DNA from: an uncultured virus (IMG/VR IMGVR_UViG_3300031912_000006)
Taxonomy: Duplodnaviria > Heunggongvirae > Uroviricota > Caudoviricetes
Length of the DNA: 64,000 nt
Virus record (IMG/VR): IMGVR_UViG_3300031912_000006
Strand: one strand, 5' to 3'
Positions 1-9,634 of the stretch are shown here, one piece after another. The notes under the pieces are model-generated. The model ran no database searches. It was not told the origin of the DNA and worked only from the letters and a program-made list of their open reading frames with translations. The position numbers and the translations under genes were made by a program. The first letter of the stretch is position 1. Each line of letters starts with the position of its first letter.

Positions 1-83
1 ACTTGGGCACTCGCAGGCCCGCACCAGTAGCCAGTTTCCTGCGGTATGATACCGTGATCAAATGGTAGAATGATTTCAGTCAT
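1..83 (-). CDS. lysA: Lysin A (endolysin), N-terminus only; runs off the window
   Basis: Hand translation from ATG at 83 gives MTEIILPFDHGIIPQETGYWCGPASAQ, matching the QETGxWCGPA N-terminal peptidase motif of mycobacteriophage LysA proteins. ATGA overlap with the upstream gene stop. Confidence 0.8.
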   Translation of the reverse strand, partial: MTEIILPFDHGIIPQETGYWCGPASAQ

Positions 84-682
84 GGTGTTCCTTCCGGTTC
101 TCTCAAACCAAGCGGCGGTGGCGGTTCCGCTGTCGTTGGTCCAGGTGGTGGACCCACTGGCTCTGCTGGCGGTGCTGGAATAAACGGCGCTAGGCCAGGT
201 GGAGGCCATTGGTCGCTTGGGGTTGGACCTTGAATCGCCCACGGCACACCCCAACCATCTGGAATGATATCTGGATCGGGTAGCGCGGGGTGATCAGGCT
301 GGCCCGGCCAAACCCGCCAGCAATTCCACATCTCTACAAGGGGATTGAAGCCACCCCATTCGCAATGATCATGCATAACACCATAATGGCCGTTGCCGAA
401 AGGTACCACTTGAAAGTTCCAGTCGCAATACCCTCCACCACCACCAACAACGCTTACGGCTGCACCACGACCTGGACAGAGGAATATGGTGGCGGCGGCA
501 GGGGACAAGCCAGGCCCACCGCCGCCAAGTCCAGGAGCACCAATACCAACTGACCCTCCTACTGGATCAATTCCACCACCAGGACCAGGAATTGGAGCCG
601 GCACAGGATCAGCGTAAGCGCATGGCATCTTACACATAAGGGCAATGCCTATGAGCAAGCCGCCAATTACATACCGCTGCAT
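80..682 (-). CDS. Secreted Pro/Gly-rich, Cys-containing protein in the lysis cassette
   Basis: 200-aa ORF with a signal-peptide-like N-terminus (AYA-DP); coupled to lysA. Confidence 0.7.
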   Translation of the reverse strand: MQRYVIGGLLIGIALMCKMPCAYADPVPAPIPGPGGGIDPVGGSVGIGAPGLGGGGPGLSPAAATIFLCPGRGAAVSVVGGGGGYCDWNFQVVPFGNGHYGVMHDHCEWGGFNPLVEMWNCWRVWPGQPDHPALPDPDIIPDGWGVPWAIQGPTPSDQWPPPGLAPFIPAPPAEPVGPPPGPTTAEPPPPLGLREPEGTP

Positions 683-688
683 GAATTT

Positions 689-943
689 TCAGCCTTCTAC
701 ACCGTCCTGATCAACGTCGATACCAGTGAGCTTCTCAAGCTTGCCTTGGTGAGCCTTCAGCCAAACACCAAGAGCCACAAGAGCGGCGATGGATGTGTTG
801 ATCCAGTCAATTGCTCGCTCGCTCCAGAAGTTAAGGCCGACAAGCACATTGAGCGTGATCAGCAAGAAGCCACCGATTGCAACGATAGCGCCCCAATATT
901 TGGCTAGCAACGCCTGCCACTTCTTTGGTGGCTGATCGTTCAC
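689..943 (-). CDS. Putative holin (two TM segments)
   Basis: 84 aa, two hydrophobic helices and a charged C-terminus, close to lysA. Confidence 0.6.
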   Translation of the reverse strand: MNDQPPKKWQALLAKYWGAIVAIGGFLLITLNVLVGLNFWSERAIDWINTSIAALVALGVWLKAHQGKLEKLTGIDVDQDGVEG

Positions 944-966
944 GGTCCTATCCTAACTCTTATCGG

Positions 967-1194
967 TTACGGAAGTACAGGTGGCGCACCTTGAATCACC
1001 GTACCGCCGTTCAGTAACTGCATCATTACTTCCTGCGTAAGTTGTGGCTGCTGCGTTTGTACGAGCAATGATGCTACGACTTGGGCTAGCCGTATCGTGC
1101 GCTGACGTTCTTCCTCCAAAAGCCATATGCAGCAGTCTAATTTGTATTCAGGACTTTCGACGTCCATGACTGCCATTTGCCCGTTAGGTTGCAT
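967..1194 (-). CDS. Hypothetical protein
   Basis: 75-aa ORF packed in the operon. Confidence 0.55.
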   Translation of the reverse strand: MQPNGQMAVMDVESPEYKLDCCIWLLEEERQRTIRLAQVVASLLVQTQQPQLTQEVMMQLLNGGTVIQGAPPVLP

Positions 1195-1405
1195 CCTCTG
1201 TCTCCCTTACTGTTTGAATAACGAGGTCTGTCCATCCTGATACATCGTCCCACGCAGCGTAATGCCCACCACGGTCAATAGTCATGACGGCCCAGGCGTG
1301 GCCGACATATGGGTCTTCAGGAACGTTTGTGCGTACGGCTACGGCTAGCGTGTCTGGATCTTGCTTGACTGACCCAGGCAGGTAGTTGGCCGGTGTCTCT
1401 GCCAT
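1184..1405 (-). CDS. Hypothetical protein (start re-called at MAETPANY)
   Basis: AGGAG Shine-Dalgarno upstream of ATG 1405; this start avoids overlap with the 1414..1764 gene. Confidence 0.65.
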   Translation of the reverse strand: MAETPANYLPGSVKQDPDTLAVAVRTNVPEDPYVGHAWAVMTIDRGGHYAAWDDVSGWTDLVIQTVRETEDAT

Positions 1406-1413
1406 TTTATCTC

Positions 1414-1764
1414 CTAATCCTTCAAAGTTGTGTGCGGGTTGAATACCACATCTTCTTCTGTAATCCCAAATAGTTTGATGATGTCTGGGCCATCTGTGAC
1501 TATAGGATGTTCCATCTTTGCGGCTACGACAAAGCCAGGCCGAAATTGATTGCGGCAGTAGATGATATGTGGCCATCTACCTTTAGGAACCTTGATCTCA
1601 GTATGGCCAACGATCTTGCCATCGACTATGTCCCAATGGATTTGGCCACGCTGATAGTCGAAGTCAAACATCGGCTCATCGCCGTTCTCCAAGACCGCTC
1701 CTGCATATGCCGGCCAGACAATAGCCTCTAAAGTTCCCTCGCCAACGGCGTTAACCTCAGTCAT
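1414..1764 (-). CDS. Hypothetical protein (tail-region)
   Basis: 116-aa ORF, tightly packed. Confidence 0.65.
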   Translation of the reverse strand: MTEVNAVGEGTLEAIVWPAYAGAVLENGDEPMFDFDYQRGQIHWDIVDGKIVGHTEIKVPKGRWPHIIYCRNQFRPGFVVAAKMEHPIVTDGPDIIKLFGITEEDVVFNPHTTLKD

Positions 1765-1773
1765 AGCCTTACT

Positions 1774-2118
1774 TTACGTCTGCGTGTAGTTAGGCGTAAC
1801 GACTAGCTGACCGGGAGATGACATCGTGGTCGAAGACACAGCTGTCTTGTCTACCATGTTGTTTCCGCTAACGCCACTCGCTAGTAGAACATAAGTGAAC
1901 GTGCCGGCTGGTACGTTAATGGTGCATGGTGAACCGGCTTCTGTCCCTGTGCTTCCGGGCGTCCAGGTAGTCGCTACCCTGGTATAACCAGAGCCGCTAG
2001 TCTCATTTGCTGGAGTGTTGGTTGTGCCTGGGTCACCAGTTGCTACACCAATATACGTCCCAAGACCCGCATAGGCATTCGCGACAGTTTGTCGCGAACT
2101 AGCTACTGCAATTGCCAT
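1774..2118 (-). CDS. Small tail/fiber structural protein
   Basis: ATGDPGT...NETSGSGYTRVATTW motif typical of small actinophage tail proteins. Confidence 0.7.
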   Translation of the reverse strand: MAIAVASSRQTVANAYAGLGTYIGVATGDPGTTNTPANETSGSGYTRVATTWTPGSTGTEAGSPCTINVPAGTFTYVLLASGVSGNNMVDKTAVSSTTMSSPGQLVVTPNYTQT

Positions 2119-2331
2119 TTAATTGCCTTTCTTTCTTAGTGGTGAGTTTACTTCTTCGCGGAGTTCAACCACTTGGTGAACAGTAACTTCTGTAATTGAA
2201 GGTACATCTTCTAGCCCTACTTGGATACCCATTGCAACATCTTCTGCAACAACTAATGCAAATCCAGTATAATTTCCAGTAGCAATATCCTTATATGAAA
2301 ATTCAAATCGTACTGTCTCTACTGCGGCCAT
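2119..2331 (-). CDS. Hypothetical protein, AT-rich
   Basis: 70-aa ORF with a GGAGAGG SD; about 39% GC by hand count. Confidence 0.6.
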   Translation of the reverse strand: MAAVETVRFEFSYKDIATGNYTGFALVVAEDVAMGIQVGLEDVPSITEVTVHQVVELREEVNSPLRKKGN

Positions 2332-2340
2332 TTCCTCTCC

Positions 2341-4152
2341 CTAATTCCATTCGATCAGCGTATAACCCTGCGCACCATTGTTCCCAGAACCGTTGTTAGT
2401 CGGTCCCATCCCGCCACCGCCACCGCCACCACCGTAGAGGCCGCCAGCGCCACCAGTACCACCATAGACGAGTGCCTGCGATGATCCACCACCGCCGCCT
2501 CCACCACCGCCTGGGTTACCGGAGCCACCGCCCGTTCCGGCACCACCTCCAGAACCACCACCTGCGCCACCGCCTACCGTGGCTGAGTTACCACCATAAC
2601 CACCTGATGTCTGCTGGAATGCCGCTTCCTTTGCACCAGCGCCACCACCACCAGCAGCATTCCCACTCGCCGCAGGAGGTTGACCGGGAACAGACACACC
2701 ACCAGGAACGGTCCCGCCCACGCCGCCGTTGTATGTCGCTGACGGAAGAACAGGCCCGCTGGCTGAAGGGGTACCACCGGCGGCACCACCGCCACCGGAA
2801 CCTCCCCCGCCACCACCGCCTGCTGTCCAAGAAATAGAGCCTGAACTAAACACGGACGCACCACTATTGGCGGCACCTACAGTCACTGAATATGTAGAGC
2901 CAAGGTTAGCTACTGGTATGAATGTACGTGCTATACCGGCACCACCACCACCACCGCTACCAGGACCGGGACCACCGGCACCACCGGCCCCAACTAGGGT
3001 GACATAGCAACCAGTACAACCTGCCGGGATAGGCTGATTGGAACGGGCCGTGTTGGTCTCGTTGAACGGCGTAAAGACGATAGATGCTAGCGTACCACCA
3101 CCGCTGAAGTTCGCTGTGAGGAACGCAGTTAGTTTCGGAACGTTGAAGTTGCTGAATAGGATTACACCAGGAGCGCCGGAACCACTGTTGTAGCCAAGTA
3201 ATTGAGCTTGCATAGCTCCAAGCCCAATAGTGGTGTCCGTTGCTTCGGATCGTTGGACAGTCCAGGTATTGCAGTCTGGTGATGTTTCCCAATAAATCGT
3301 TCCAGACGCTTCGCGGATACGCCAAAACTTCATATTGGCGTTCCATGCTACAGTTACGTCGTTGATCCCACCGGCAGCAGTTGTCTTGCGTAAGTAGAGA
3401 GTTGCGTTGTTGTACTCCCAAATCGAATACCCATAACCCGCCAGGTCCAAGACAAGCATCTGAGTGACGTTGTTGCCTGGCGTACCACCGCCCTGCTCGG
3501 CGGTTTGAATACAGCACACTTCGGCAGAACTGTTCTGTAAGTTGAAGTAACCGTTGCTGGTTATCGCTTGGTTGGCGTTGATACCTGGAATGATCTTCAG
3601 GTACTGGCCGTTGACTACTGAACAGCCTGAGGTCCAGTTCCACTTCACCGTGTCTTTGGTTGCGAAGTTGTCCGTCAGCGTAGACATCGCCGCGTTCGAC
3701 TTCACAGTCATCGTAGCCGCTAACGATCCCGCGCCAGAGAATGCGGCCTGCAACTGCGGGACTAGTGTTGCCGATAACGCACCATCGCCAGAGAAGTTGG
3801 CAGGCAACACGATTGCGTTCTTGATTACGTCTGCGCTGAGGGTGCCTACGCTGCCAAAGTTCGCTGCTATCTTTGGCTGTATGTAAGCCGATAGCGCGCC
3901 ATTGCTGCTGAATGCTGGTGCTAGCGGGCATATTTGACTTACCGTAGCTGCTAGTTGACCATCGCCTGAGAATTGCCCTGTTACCGGAGCTATGGCTTTG
4001 ATTGTCGCACTTAGCGTTCCGTCGCCGCTGAACAGTGCAAAGTGAGGTATAACCCAGCCCTGTAATGGCGGAACTGTTGGCGCAGATGGGGTTACAGCCC
4101 AGCCCTTGACTGGGACTGCCCCTGGTGTTGATGGAGATTCGGCCCATGCCAC
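2341..4152 (-). CDS. Minor tail protein with FSGxGxLSA repeats, a central lectin-like domain and a Gly-rich C-terminus
   Basis: 603 aa; Gly-rich C-terminal domain ending GYTLIEW, as in mycobacteriophage minor tail proteins. Confidence 0.8.
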   Translation of the reverse strand: MAWAESPSTPGAVPVKGWAVTPSAPTVPPLQGWVIPHFALFSGDGTLSATIKAIAPVTGQFSGDGQLAATVSQICPLAPAFSSNGALSAYIQPKIAANFGSVGTLSADVIKNAIVLPANFSGDGALSATLVPQLQAAFSGAGSLAATMTVKSNAAMSTLTDNFATKDTVKWNWTSGCSVVNGQYLKIIPGINANQAITSNGYFNLQNSSAEVCCIQTAEQGGGTPGNNVTQMLVLDLAGYGYSIWEYNNATLYLRKTTAAGGINDVTVAWNANMKFWRIREASGTIYWETSPDCNTWTVQRSEATDTTIGLGAMQAQLLGYNSGSGAPGVILFSNFNVPKLTAFLTANFSGGGTLASIVFTPFNETNTARSNQPIPAGCTGCYVTLVGAGGAGGPGPGSGGGGGAGIARTFIPVANLGSTYSVTVGAANSGASVFSSGSISWTAGGGGGGGSGGGGAAGGTPSASGPVLPSATYNGGVGGTVPGGVSVPGQPPAASGNAAGGGGAGAKEAAFQQTSGGYGGNSATVGGGAGGGSGGGAGTGGGSGNPGGGGGGGGGSSQALVYGGTGGAGGLYGGGGGGGGMGPTNNGSGNNGAQGYTLIEWN

Positions 4153-4443
4153 CTATTCGACCTTTACCCAGCCTTCAAGCGTTGGCTGTAAATCGTTCCA
4201 TTGATTGCCATCTGGAGCCGAGCATCGCCAGATATGAAGTCCATCAACGACAGCACGTACAGCTATGGCGCCGTCAGTTGGTCGCTTCAGTAGCGTACCG
4301 ACTGGGTCACCTTCCATGACGTTGACATAGGCTGCAAGGATAGCAGCCACATCGCCAGGGCCATATGGCTTTTCAGCATCAGGCTCGCTAGCTACATGTG
4401 CTATACGTTCCAGTACCTTTAGTTCTTGCGGTATTTCGATCAT
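4153..4443 (-). CDS. Hypothetical tail-region protein
   Basis: 96-aa ORF, coupled to its neighbours. Confidence 0.65.
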   Translation of the reverse strand: MIEIPQELKVLERIAHVASEPDAEKPYGPGDVAAILAAYVNVMEGDPVGTLLKRPTDGAIAVRAVVDGLHIWRCSAPDGNQWNDLQPTLEGWVKVE

Positions 4444-7400
4444 GCGACACTCCTGTTGACCAAAGTAACTTCCATATAGGTTTGTGAACCACCAGGCTCA
4501 CCTACGATTGAGAAAGCGGCACTAGCATATGTTGCTGGCTGTATGGAATCGCCATTATGGGCATAGATCAATGTTGAACCATAAACACCGTTGTTAGACT
4601 GAGCACTAGTACCTGTATCAGCGAATGAACCGCCAACCACTCGAATCGAACTGCCCACTATGCCTAAATCTGCCCACACACCACGAGGGATGTTATTTAC
4701 GGCAGCACGAAGGTTGACTAGATAAGTTCCTTCAACGGTAAACTTCAAGTTTTGGCCATCCCAATTTAAGTCTGGTGATATCCAGTCTTGAGTGTCAAAG
4801 AAGCCAGCAGGCAAAGCAGTTAGGCCACCAGACGGTGCAGTATATGCTGTAGTCGATGCACGATGAGCACGGAAAGTTGAGCCAAGAACAGCTGGCGGAG
4901 CGTTATCTGCAACCGATGTTCCAGAAAGTGTACCAGCTGTTGATGATCCACCCGAACCTTGACAGATAGTGTTCTTCGCTCCAAACAGCCTATAGCCTGA
5001 ACCAATTAAACTGTTTGTTCCAGGTTCCGTTCCTGACCAAACCAGTTGTGTGCCTGAAAACACTTGGAATGTACGGTTATTGCCGTTAGCGCCAATAACA
5101 ACCATCATGGCAGTTGACCACGTCAATGCTATACCAGTAGCCCAAACTGTCTCTGTGCCCGCCACGCAGTAGCCGACATCAGCTTTGTAGGTCAAGAAGC
5201 CGGTACAGTATGCTCGACCAAAGACGTAGTTGCGCGGATTAGACGCACTATCAACACGACCAAGAGCATAGAAGTACGGTTGCCCACCAGCGTTCGCACC
5301 AGCTGGTGCCGCAGACATTGATCCTGAAATCTTCTGCCAGTCAGTAAGAGTGCCTTGAGCGTTGTAGATAACGAAAGCTGTTCTGGTACCATCGTTATTA
5401 GCCGGGAACCAACCAGCTAGCCCACCCTTAATACCGATCTGTGAAGTACCTGGACCATTGTAGGTAACGGTGAAGAACGATGGCATGGCGCCATCTGGAT
5501 ATGCTGCGAAGTTAACCGTGATGCTGACGCCAGATACCGAAGTACCTTGGTTGATAGCTGCCTGCTGTTGGAGAGCTTGTGTATTGTAAAGAACGTTTGT
5601 GAAGATACTCTGCATCGACTGGTTAGCTTGAGCAGTCGTAGTTCCTGTTAGCAACGTCTGTGCGCCAACAAGAGCGTTGGTTGCGTTATCGTTAAGTGTC
5701 TGAAGGTCAGGCGCCATAGCCAGCGTAACTGGTGGAATCCTAGCTGTACCAAGGATTCCAGTGGCAATCTTAGTAGCATCTAAGCTAGGGATGAAACCCG
5801 CCAACACGGTGCCGTTAGCCGGTAGACCTTGTAACCTGTTGGTAATTGGTGTTAATGCTGCTCCGACGTTCGCAAAGCTGCCTATACCAAGGTTATTGAC
5901 CAAGCTCATCATGTCAGCTTGAGTCGAACGCGACTGAGTGTCTGTGACCATCGTCGCTAGCTCGTTGACTAATGTGCCACCCGTACCCTGCATCCATTGC
6001 TTAAAGAGCAACTGCGTCTTGGTAATTGAGCCATCGTCCCACCACGTTGTCCCTGCTGTCGCACCGGCAAGCACAGATAGCTGTAGACGAACATTATTCA
6101 CACCCGACGCGGGTATTGTGAAGTTACCAGACAACTGCTGCCAAGCGCCGGAAGCAGCAGGATTTGAGATTGTCTGCAAAACGTTGGTACTAACCAAGTT
6201 TGGCCCATTGTAGGCGAGTACCGAAAGCTGGAAGCAGTTGCCGCTCCCGGTAACGCCAGACCACTGGAGGTAGTGCGATAGGGCTAGCGTTTGGTTAGGC
6301 GCGACTGGCGTTGGCGGGTCAGAGAGCAAGTTCTTGAGCGCGCCGGTACACGAAGTGCTTACAGAGCCAGAGCCGTCACCCGTGTGGTCAACGCCAGAGG
6401 TCCATGTCCAGTCTGGGTTGGTTGCGACAGAGGCTGCGCTGGCATAGTTGGGGTTAGGCAACAAGTTTGGTGTTATTTGCCCAATGCTGCCTAGCGGTAT
6501 GTTGGGAAGTACCCACTGCCCAAACATGCCGGATTGAATCTGGCTCGCGTCTAACGGCGGGATGAGCGGTACTGTAAAGACACCTGAGATGATCTTGCTA
6601 GCGTCTAAGCTTGGAATTTGAGCCGCATTGAGAGCACCAGTTACAATGCTCGCAGGTATGTTGGTAATATTGACCATTGACTGGGCAAACTGCCCTGTCG
6701 TGATCTTGCTAGCGTCTAGCGCAGGAACGTTACCGGCCAGAATTGAGCTGAGAACTGTTGTGCCGCCATACAATTGGTTAAGCAGCGTGTTGTACGTCGT
6801 GGTCAATACACGATTCGCCAAGTCGGTGGTCAAGTTCGTGACCATGCTTTGGGCGAATTGGCCTGATATAATCTTGCTAGCATCCAAGCCTGGAATCTGT
6901 GTTGCCCCAAGCACTCCCGTTACGATGCTCGCAGGGATGTTGGTAAGATTGACCATTGACTGCGCAAATTGCCCAGTCGTGATCTTGCTGGCGTCTAGAC
7001 CTGGAATCTGTGCCGCGCCAAGGACTCCGGTGATGATGCTCGCCGCAATGCTTGTGATGTTGACCATCGACTGCGCGAATTGGCCTGATGTAATTTTGCT
7101 AGCATCTAGACCAGGGATGTTGATCGCCGGAATCAACTTGGTAACAGGACTCATTGGCGCAAGCAACGAAGTCGGGTTGATCATCGTGTTGATGAAATTC
7201 GTTACCGCTGTTGTTGGGCTGAACCCACCTTGAGATACGTTGGGGTTGCCCAACATACTCATTAAGTCTGTAAAGTATTGGCCGGCAATAGCTCCCGTAC
7301 CAACACCAGGCGGTACGCCTACAGACTGTAGGATTTGGTTGTAGACGCTCTGTGATTGGTTGGTGTCTAGCACTTCCAAATCATCAAGGTACACAACGTC

Positions 7401-9173
7401 ATTGGCGGGTATATCAGACTCAATAACAGCAAGGAAGTCTACAGTGTCGAAACCAGTAGGAACGGTAACCGTTGCGCCAAGCTGCTGCCACGCACCAGTA
7501 GCAGGCATGGCTAGCTCTTGCGCAATTACATCTGTAGGCGTAGCAACGCCTTTGGAGTCAGTACAATGCATGACGAGCTTGATATGCCCGCCACCGACAT
7601 TGCCGACTTTGGGGTATATCCAAGCCGTCTGCTTGAAGACGTAGTTAGGCTGTACGACTAGCGTTTGTGGGCCCATATCTGAACGCAGCATATGCATAGT
7701 CTGCGTTGTGCCAGTCGCAGTAACCTTCAATGACTTGGTACCGCTGTGGGCTACGTCTGTGCTAAGTACGCCAACCGCGCCCGGCCAGTTGAGGTTCTGC
7801 TCAAAGCTAGGGTCGAATACCCAGTTGTATCCAGCTTTGTAGAACACCTGGAAGATAGGCAGGTATGACGAAAGGAATTGGCCGCTAGTGATTTTGCTGG
7901 CGTCTAGGCCTGGTATATTTACCGGAGATAGCAGTTGCGTGGTAGGGTTCATGGGCGCCAACAGATTTGTTGGCTGAACCAAGCTTGTGATAAAGTCCTC
8001 AACGTACGTAACAGGATCAAACGGCGTAGCGAGCAGCGCCGGGTTAGAGAACATGCTGAGCAAGTTTGTAAAGTACGTAGTGGTCTGCGCTTGCGTACCG
8101 CTCCCGGCAGGCACACCAACAGATGCTAGAATCGCATCCCAAACCACTTGTGTCCCACCAACTATGCCAGAGATGACATCCATGGCTAGATTCTCTAATG
8201 GGATGACACCAGTCACACCCATACCAGAGCCACCAGTCAAGTCAGAGCTTAGTAACGCAACTACGTTGGTCTGAGAGACAGTGCCGGTGAACCAATCGCT
8301 TATAGTGGCTATTGGGTCAAAAGTACCAGACGGCACGAAGTTTAGATTGCCGAATAACGAAGCGAAGTTCAAGATGCCGTTGATGTCGTTAACGCCACCG
8401 GCGAATGACTCGATGATCGCGGTCAACCCGTTAAGTATCTGCGCAAGTTCTTCGATCCACGGAGCCGTAGTCTTAAACACCGGGTCAATAAGATTACCAA
8501 GGGTTGTGATGTCCATGCCGCCGAGAAGCACTGTGACAGAATGCCATATATCAGCGAACACTTGGTCAAAGGGACCCATAATCTGGATCATGTCTTCGAC
8601 AGCCGTCAGCAAATCTTCAAAGCTCATGGCCAAGCCGCTGATAGCGTCTAGCAAGTCGTTGACCGACTGAATCCACTCAGGGTCTATGCCAAGGGCAGTC
8701 GCCCAGCCATCAATGATGCCTTCGATGACGCTGCCGAAACTATCAAGGGGCACAACGTAACCCAAGAAGAAATGCTCAGCCGCGTTGAAGAGGTTGATCG
8801 GGAACGGAGTTGTAGTGTCGAAGCCGAGCAGCGCGCCAATCGCCGGCAGGAAGTACTGGAGGTCACCAAGGTCTATGCCGTACAGAAGTTCACCGCCGCC
8901 AAGCAGCACGATGATATCGCTTATGGTGCCTTGGAGTTGACCGATTGCGTCCTGATTGCTCTGGTCGATACCCTTCTGCATCTGGCCAATGTACGATGCG
9001 ATGTAATCAACAAATTGATTGAGGCGTACGATGTTTGCCTCAAAGTCTTTGTTGGTGTCAGGGTACTTTGTACTATCAATCGCAGAGAGTGCCCTAGTCT
9101 CTGGCGATTGGTAGCCAAACGCTCTGTCGATACTCATGGTAGCTTCAAGTTCAGCATTCCTGTTGTCGGCCAA
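4440..9173 (-). CDS. Large minor tail protein with LDASKITxG repeats and carbohydrate-binding-like domains
   Basis: 1577 aa; repeated IPGLDASKITSGQF; two (D/N)PxF/Y...WQQLxG beta-sandwich modules. Confidence 0.85.
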   Translation of the reverse strand: MADNRNAELEATMSIDRAFGYQSPETRALSAIDSTKYPDTNKDFEANIVRLNQFVDYIASYIGQMQKGIDQSNQDAIGQLQGTISDIIVLLGGGELLYGIDLGDLQYFLPAIGALLGFDTTTPFPINLFNAAEHFFLGYVVPLDSFGSVIEGIIDGWATALGIDPEWIQSVNDLLDAISGLAMSFEDLLTAVEDMIQIMGPFDQVFADIWHSVTVLLGGMDITTLGNLIDPVFKTTAPWIEELAQILNGLTAIIESFAGGVNDINGILNFASLFGNLNFVPSGTFDPIATISDWFTGTVSQTNVVALLSSDLTGGSGMGVTGVIPLENLAMDVISGIVGGTQVVWDAILASVGVPAGSGTQAQTTTYFTNLLSMFSNPALLATPFDPVTYVEDFITSLVQPTNLLAPMNPTTQLLSPVNIPGLDASKITSGQFLSSYLPIFQVFYKAGYNWVFDPSFEQNLNWPGAVGVLSTDVAHSGTKSLKVTATGTTQTMHMLRSDMGPQTLVVQPNYVFKQTAWIYPKVGNVGGGHIKLVMHCTDSKGVATPTDVIAQELAMPATGAWQQLGATVTVPTGFDTVDFLAVIESDIPANDVVYLDDLEVLDTNQSQSVYNQILQSVGVPPGVGTGAIAGQYFTDLMSMLGNPNVSQGGFSPTTAVTNFINTMINPTSLLAPMSPVTKLIPAINIPGLDASKITSGQFAQSMVNITSIAASIITGVLGAAQIPGLDASKITTGQFAQSMVNLTNIPASIVTGVLGATQIPGLDASKIISGQFAQSMVTNLTTDLANRVLTTTYNTLLNQLYGGTTVLSSILAGNVPALDASKITTGQFAQSMVNITNIPASIVTGALNAAQIPSLDASKIISGVFTVPLIPPLDASQIQSGMFGQWVLPNIPLGSIGQITPNLLPNPNYASAASVATNPDWTWTSGVDHTGDGSGSVSTSCTGALKNLLSDPPTPVAPNQTLALSHYLQWSGVTGSGNCFQLSVLAYNGPNLVSTNVLQTISNPAASGAWQQLSGNFTIPASGVNNVRLQLSVLAGATAGTTWWDDGSITKTQLLFKQWMQGTGGTLVNELATMVTDTQSRSTQADMMSLVNNLGIGSFANVGAALTPITNRLQGLPANGTVLAGFIPSLDATKIATGILGTARIPPVTLAMAPDLQTLNDNATNALVGAQTLLTGTTTAQANQSMQSIFTNVLYNTQALQQQAAINQGTSVSGVSITVNFAAYPDGAMPSFFTVTYNGPGTSQIGIKGGLAGWFPANNDGTRTAFVIYNAQGTLTDWQKISGSMSAAPAGANAGGQPYFYALGRVDSASNPRNYVFGRAYCTGFLTYKADVGYCVAGTETVWATGIALTWSTAMMVVIGANGNNRTFQVFSGTQLVWSGTEPGTNSLIGSGYRLFGAKNTICQGSGGSSTAGTLSGTSVADNAPPAVLGSTFRAHRASTTAYTAPSGGLTALPAGFFDTQDWISPDLNWDGQNLKFTVEGTYLVNLRAAVNNIPRGVWADLGIVGSSIRVVGGSFADTGTSAQSNNGVYGSTLIYAHNGDSIQPATYASAAFSIVGEPGGSQTYMEVTLVNRSVA

Positions 9174-9634
9174 TTGATTTGGAACGCCATGTCAGTGACG
9201 ACCTGATTTGCTGTGAAATCCACATAGCCAACTAACGCCATAGAACCAGGGCTGCCCGAATTATCATGCGTTACAGCATCATACATAACACCATACCTCG
9301 CGCCTGGCGCTGGGAAGGTAACGAGCGGCCATTGAACGTTGCCGGCGCTTATGGACAGTATCTTAGTGCTGCCCGTGTAGGTGATCTGGTTGATCGCCAT
9401 CTGCTGCCCGCCTGGCGTGTAACCGCTGTAAGTCTGGTCAAGTTCGCCTGCCACAATGGATTTGAACTTGTGCGTGTTCTGGTTAGGCGTATAGCTCTGA
9501 TCGACAAGCATCATGAAGAAGATGTCTGCCTCAAAGTCCACTAGTCCCTGTATCATTGACTCCATGAACAAGGCGTACGGATAGAAGATACCGTTGACAG
9601 TTCCAGGTGGTGTCGAAAGCGTTCCAACAGTCAT
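9134..9634 (-). CDS. Minor tail protein
   Basis: YTPNQNTH...GYTPGGQ...LVGYVDF pattern; position in the tail module. Confidence 0.7.
   Translation of the reverse strand: MTVGTLSTPPGTVNGIFYPYALFMESMIQGLVDFEADIFFMMLVDQSYTPNQNTHKFKSIVAGELDQTYSGYTPGGQQMAINQITYTGSTKILSISAGNVQWPLVTFPAPGARYGVMYDAVTHDNSGSPGSMALVGYVDFTANQVVTDMAFQINWPTTGMLNLKLP

Noticed and set aside
2957..4147. 396-aa alternative-frame ORF inside the minor tail gene
   Set aside because: Shadow frame of a biased coding sequence; no SD or recognisable motifs.
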